The position numbers were made by a program, and so were the translations under genes. Under the pieces are notes generated by a model, which saw only the letters and a list, made by a program, of their open reading frames with translations, was not told where the DNA came from and searched no databases. A stretch of DNA of 64,000 nucleotides from a virus (taxonomy: Duplodnaviria > Heunggongvirae > Uroviricota > Caudoviricetes): IMG/VR virus record IMGVR_UViG_3300028048_000050, positions 19,494 to 83,493 of that record, one strand, 5' to 3'. Below, in pieces: positions 58,964 to 64,000 of the stretch (position 1 is its first letter; every line of letters starts with the position of its first letter).

Positions 58964-61239
58964 TGGAGGAAATTAAAAAGAAAAGAGGTCGTCCACGTAA
59001 GAATCCTATACCAGAAGTTCCTGAGGAAGTTTAGTCTATAATTACTGAGGTTCAACAAAAACAAGAGGAACTTCAACAGCAAATAGAAGAAATAAAGCCT
59101 TAGGTTGTAGAACACAAAGAAGGTGAATGGGATGTCAAAATAGGAGACCCGATACCTTACTTTGATAAAAGACTTTCCTATGAATTAACTGGATATAGAC
59201 CTATTACAGAAACAGAAGGATTAGATTTTGATCCTTCTTGGTTTACTGAAGCTAGAGAAATATTCTTAAAGACAGAACAATATTGTTCTTATTATCCAGG
59301 CTCAAAACTTTATAGAGATTTCTGGAATGAAGAATATAGAAGATGTAAGGAAGGAATGACAGTTAATGGTTATACTATTACTGGATTTAACTATTACTTT
59401 CTTAATTATTATCAATTACCTAATACAGAACAAGATGTAGCCGGTGATAGCCGTTCTATTATATTTCCAAGATTCTTTGTATATCAATACGAATTCTTTC
59501 ATTACTTTGAATTATGTAGAAAGTTAAGAAAGAATATGACTGTAATGAAAAACAGAGGATGTGGATTTTCTGAGATACATGCTTCTATATTTGATAATTT
59601 CTTTAACTGTTTTAAAAATAGTATATGTCTTCTTACTGCTTTCGATGATAACTATGTTAAAAAAACTCTTGATAAAATTAATGCAGGAATAACTTTTACT
59701 GATGATAATACTCAAGGAGGAATGTTAAAACTTAGACAAGTTATTAATACAGCAACTAAGAAAAGAGCTTCTCACTATAAAGTAGTAAATGGTCAAAAAA
59801 TTGAAACAGGTTTCATGTCCCAAATTGAAGGAATTGTTGTAGATAAGGATAGAAAGATGAGAGGTGACCGTGTAGGTTTCTTATTTCTTGAAGAATCAGG
59901 TTCTAATCCTATACTTGAACGTTCCTTTATTAAAGCAGAAGAACTTGTAACTGTTGGTGGTAATAAAATTGGTATTATAGCAGCAGTAGGAACAGGTGGT
60001 GATGCCGGTCCTAATCTTGAAGGTTTAAGAAAAGTATATTATAATCCTAAAATGTTCCAAGTGCTTCCATTTAAACATAATTATACAGAAGATGGAGATT
60101 GGGTTGAAACTGCTTATTTTATACCTGCATATATTTCAATGAATAACTCAAAATTTGTTGGAAGTCGTGGTGAATATCTCATGGAAAAACAAAGAGAACA
60201 TTATGAACAAAGACGTGCAGATATAACTGATCCTAAAACTTTATTAGACCATAAAGCAGAGCAATGTTTCACAGCTGAAGAAGCCTTTGCAGCGGAAGGT
60301 GTAAATAAATTTAATAAACTTAAAATAGCTGAACAAATTATAGCTATTAGAATTAAAAAACAAGCTCCTCCTATTCAAAGAGGATATATGGAGTTTGTAT
60401 ATTCTGGTCCAGAAAGAAAAAGAGAAAATATTATCGGAGTTAGATTTAAACCTAATCCGAATGGGCCTGTTAGAATATTAGAAGAACCTTTATGGGAAGA
60501 CGGAAGTCCTATAATCCAAAATCTTTATGTAGCAGGAATTGACGGTATTGATATTGGACAAGCAGAAACTTCTAAAGAAACTAGAGATCCTTCTAAATTT
60601 TGTACTATGATAAAACGTAGAGTACATGGAATGAAGGAACCTATGTATGTGGCATATTATTTAGATAGACCTAATGATATTAGAGAAGCATACAAACAAA
60701 CAATGGCTTTATTATGGTATTATCAAGCCAAAGCTAATATAGAAGCAACTCGTTTGTCTGTTCTTACATACGCTCGTGATAATAAGTTTGCACATTTCTT
60801 TATGAAACGTCCTAGAGCTTGTTATGGAGGAGACGAAAGAAGAAGAACTAATGGACAATACGGTACTACAGCTACTACAGCCATGATTGAACATGGCACT
60901 GATTTAGTTGCTTCGTATGTAGAAGATTACTGTCATAATATATGGTTTATAGAATTTTTAGAATAGTTAAATCTTTATACTGATGAAAATAAAGGTAAAT
61001 TTGATATGGTTGCAGCGTGTCAAATGGCAGAAGTTGGAGATGAAGAGTTAAGTGATATTATTCCAAGAGAATATAAACCAGTTTCTAAGGAATTTAAAGA
61101 TATAGGATATTACACCGACGAAAATGGACATAAAAAATTTGGTGTAATACCAAAACAAAATGAAAACTCTGTTAGAGGACATATAAATACAGGATATGTC
61201 GAGGGTTATAATATAACAAGTAATTCAAGATATAGATGA
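58963..61239 (+). CDS. terminase large subunit-like protein (about 758 codons, three in-frame TAGs)
   Basis: The ATG at 58963 overlaps the upstream TAA. The N-terminus is MEEIKKKRGRPRKNPIPEVPEEV-TAG-..., with a second TAG at 59101. The body is the ORF at 59356..60966 (Walker-like VMKNRGCGFSE and LLTAFDD, plus an RNase-H-like nuclease motif LYVAGIDGIDIGQAETSKETRDPS). A TAG at 60964 joins it in frame to 61006..61239, which ends at a TGA. Confidence 0.5.
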
Positions 61240-61535
61240 ATGATATGGAAAAAGCCATTTTAGATATGATAGAGTGTAAATACAAATGTAAATATACTGG
61301 ACATATTAAAGTGACTAAATTAGGGAAGGGTGGGACTGGATATAAAGTTGTATTAGACTTTGACAATCTAGACAAACCTATATTACAAATATCTGCAGAT
61401 TTAAATGCAGAAGATTTTTTAAAATTTGTTGAACAAGAACTCGTCTCTAGACAATTACATAGAGTAAAATTCTTTAGGGGAGTTAAAATTTATCCGGAAG
61501 ATGAAGAAAGAAGAACTTGTTAGCAAAACTAATTT
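61236..61535 (+). CDS. small hypothetical protein (terminal TAG followed by Q-N-TAA)
   Basis: The ORF at 61236..61523 plus a TAG-readthrough of two codons. Confidence 0.35.
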
Positions 61536-63678
61536 AGCTATTTCTGAACTTGTTTAGGAAAAGACAGCTATATAGAAAGCATATAACTATTATAACTGTA
61601 AACGAGATAAGGAATAGTTTAAATACTTAGAAGAGAACTTTGGTATTGGGTAGCCAACAGCGGTTGAGTTTATTCCTTTAATCAGGAAACATATAGACGC
61701 TTTAGTAGGAGAATATTTAGATGTTCCAATTCTTCCAAAGGTTTCTTGTAAAGATACTGAAACTATTAATAATATATTTAGAGAGAAACAAGTAAAGATT
61801 GCTACAGAATGTTATAATCTCCTACAAAATAATCTCAAAAATAATCTCTTACGAATACTAGGTAGCAAAGATATGTAGGATCTAAATATAAAAGAATAGT
61901 TGGATAAACTTATAGAAGATATTAATGAAAACTTTATTTCGGAATATGAAATAGCTGGATAGAATGTTATAGAATATATAATTCAATCTAGAAATATTGA
62001 TTTAGTAACTAAATTAAAACAATTATTTATTGATTTATTAGTTTCTGGATTTACTTTTTATAGAGTTCTTCCTTCTTCTTCTGGACATAATATAAACATT
62101 TAGTGTTTAAATCCATTAGATGTTTTTCCAGATTTAAATTATGATTCTCCTTATATTAATGAATCATATAGAATAGTAGTTAGAAGTTTCTTAACTCGTA
62201 ACTAGATTCTTAGTAAATATGGAAAGGATTTATCTAAAGAAGACATTTCTAAAATAGAAGAAATGTGGACAGACTCTTTAGAAACTACTGGTTCTTATTT
62301 TGTAAGAAGTTGTAACCCAGATGGTACTCCTGCAACTGATGGTATAAGAGCTGGTGAAGAAGTTACTCCAGGTTTTCCTGAATATAGTTATTATAAAAGA
62401 GATCTTATTCCTGTATATGAAGTTGAATGGATCGAAACAGATAAGAAATTTGTAGAACAAAGATATTCTACTGTAAGAATTGGTTCTGAAATTTATATAC
62501 TAAAAGGAATAGATGAAAATGTAGTAAGAACTAAAGATGCACCAAATAAAGCAACACTTAGTGTTAATGGTGTATGGTTTAATAATAGAGGTAGAGAACC
62601 TTTCTCTATGGTTCAAAAATGTATGGTACTTCAAGACCGTTATGACCTATTACATTTTTATAGAGATAATTTAATAGCTCAATCTGGTTCTGTTGGTGAT
62701 TTTATTAATTTACCTACTTTACCAACTATTCTAGGAGATGATTTATCAGAAAGATTAATGAAGTGGAAAGCTTATAAGAAACAAGGTATGGCTTTAATTG
62801 ATACTTCTCAAGAAGGTCAAATAGGAACAGGTCAAGCTCCTTTAACTACTATATATAATGGGTATGACGATACTGTTAAAGTTCAAGCTATTCAAGCTAT
62901 TCAATTAGCTATTGATTCTGTAGAGCAAACAACTTCTTCAATCACTGGAGTATTTAGAGAAAGATTAAACGGAATATAGCAACGTGATGCTGTAACTAAT
63001 ATCCAAACAGGTATTAATAATTCATTTATAGTAACTAAACAATGGCATTATCAAATGGATTTAATAACAAGAGAAATTTTATTAGATTCTTTAAATTGTG
63101 CTAAAATAGTTTACAAGGACGGATTAACTGGAACATTAATATTAGGTAATAAGTTACAAAAAATATTTACTGCTTTACCAAAATATTTTACAGTTACAGA
63201 TCACGATATACATATAATTACTTCATCAGAAGTAGTAAAAGAAATGGAACAAATTAAGGCTGTTGTTCCAGAATTTATAAAGGGAGGAATTGTTTCTGCT
63301 GATATATTAATGGATATTATGACTGCTAAGAGTTTATCAGAAATGAAACTAAAAGTTAATAAAGCTATTAAGAAATAGAAAGCAGAAAATAATTAGATAC
63401 AACAACTTACATAGTAGGTTGAAGAATTACAGAATAATTTACAGCAAGCTCAACAACAACTTCAACAAGCATAGAGTAAAGTTGAATCTCTTAATGAAGC
63501 TAAACTTCAAATAGAAAGAGAAAAGAATCAAATGCAATTCTAGCTTGATGATTATAAGAATAAGACTGATAGAACATTTAAGGAAAGTCAAGCTGAAAAT
63601 GATACTAAACGTACTGAAATTGAGCTTATGTAGTTATATGATGGAAATCCTTATAATGATGAAGTTAAAAACGTATGA
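61501..63678 (+). CDS. portal-like large structural protein (about 725 codons with about 17 in-frame TAGs; the call is by position and size only)
   Basis: One frame runs from the ATG at 61501 (MKKEELVSKTNLAISELV-TAG-EKTAI...) through the ORFs at 62263..62979 and 63055..63378 and a Gln-rich C-terminal coiled-coil to the TGA at 63676. The only stops in the frame are TAGs. Confidence 0.45.
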
Positions 63679-63704
63679 ACTGCAAAAGTGTAATAACTTA
63701 TGAT

Positions 63705-64000
63705 ATGGATTGTAACACTATTATACATGATGTAAACTTTGATGAAAATTATGTATATATTTATGTGTTACAATTAAATAAATCTAATGAAATAATAACT
63801 TAGGTTGCTAAAAGAGAAAATATAGAGGATTAGGTTGTATTTGATATAGGTCAAGATGGATTTTATACTTTAATTACAGTAAAAGTTCCAAGAGATCCTA
63901 GTAAAGAATATTATTATAGAGACGGAAAAGTTTATCATATAAATGAAGAAGTTGATTTAGCTCTATTGTTAGAACTTAATCCTGAAGTTTCAGGACTTAT
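63705..64000 (+). CDS. hypothetical protein, 3' end cut by the window edge, with in-frame TAGs
   Basis: MDCNTIIHDVNFDENYVYIYVLQLNKSNEIIT-TAG-VAKRENIED-TAG-VVFDIGQDGFYTLITVKVPRDPSKEYYYRDGKVYHINEEVDLALLLELNPEVSGL.... Confidence 0.4.

Overview
This window is AT-rich (about 28% GC), gene-dense, and looks like part of a large tailed-phage genome. From 1 to about 51.1 kb nearly all genes are on the minus strand. They include a DnaB-like helicase, an SF2 helicase, a RecA-fold ATPase, two tandem RNase H genes, an AAA+ ATPase, a GNAT acetyltransferase, a vWA-domain protein and a YqiJ/flotillin-like pair, plus many small unknown ORFs. Five clusters hold about 50 tRNA or tRNA-like genes. From about 51.8 kb to the end the genes run on the plus strand (plus one TAG-containing minus-strand insert at 53.2-53.9 kb) and look like a lysis and packaging block: a membrane protein, an Amidase_3 endolysin, a PD-(D/E)XK nuclease, a GroES-like co-chaperonin, a large terminase and a portal-like protein. 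A 640-bp iteron and hairpin control region at 51.14-51.78 kb separates the two blocks. The main finding is amber (TAG) stop-codon recoding in a subset of genes. Long early ORFs of up to 660 codons contain no TAG at all. The late-block genes, a GIY-YIG homing endonuclease inside the tRNA array, and probably one more early gene carry many in-frame TAGs and end at TAA or TGA. A phage-encoded class-II suppressor tRNA with anticodon CUA sits at the head of the late block. It looks Leu-like, which raises the possibility that TAG is read as Leu rather than the usual Gln. The tRNA complement is also unusual. More than a dozen tRNA genes carry members of one conserved hairpin-containing insertion family of about 35-60 nt. 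Two loci look like circularly permuted tRNA genes, with the 3' half upstream of the 5' half. One tRNA has anticodon UCA (opal-reading), and there are both an initiator tRNA and an Ile(UAU) tRNA. All tRNA coordinates were hand-folded and may be off by a few nucleotides. Amino-acid assignments for non-canonical tRNAs are tentative.
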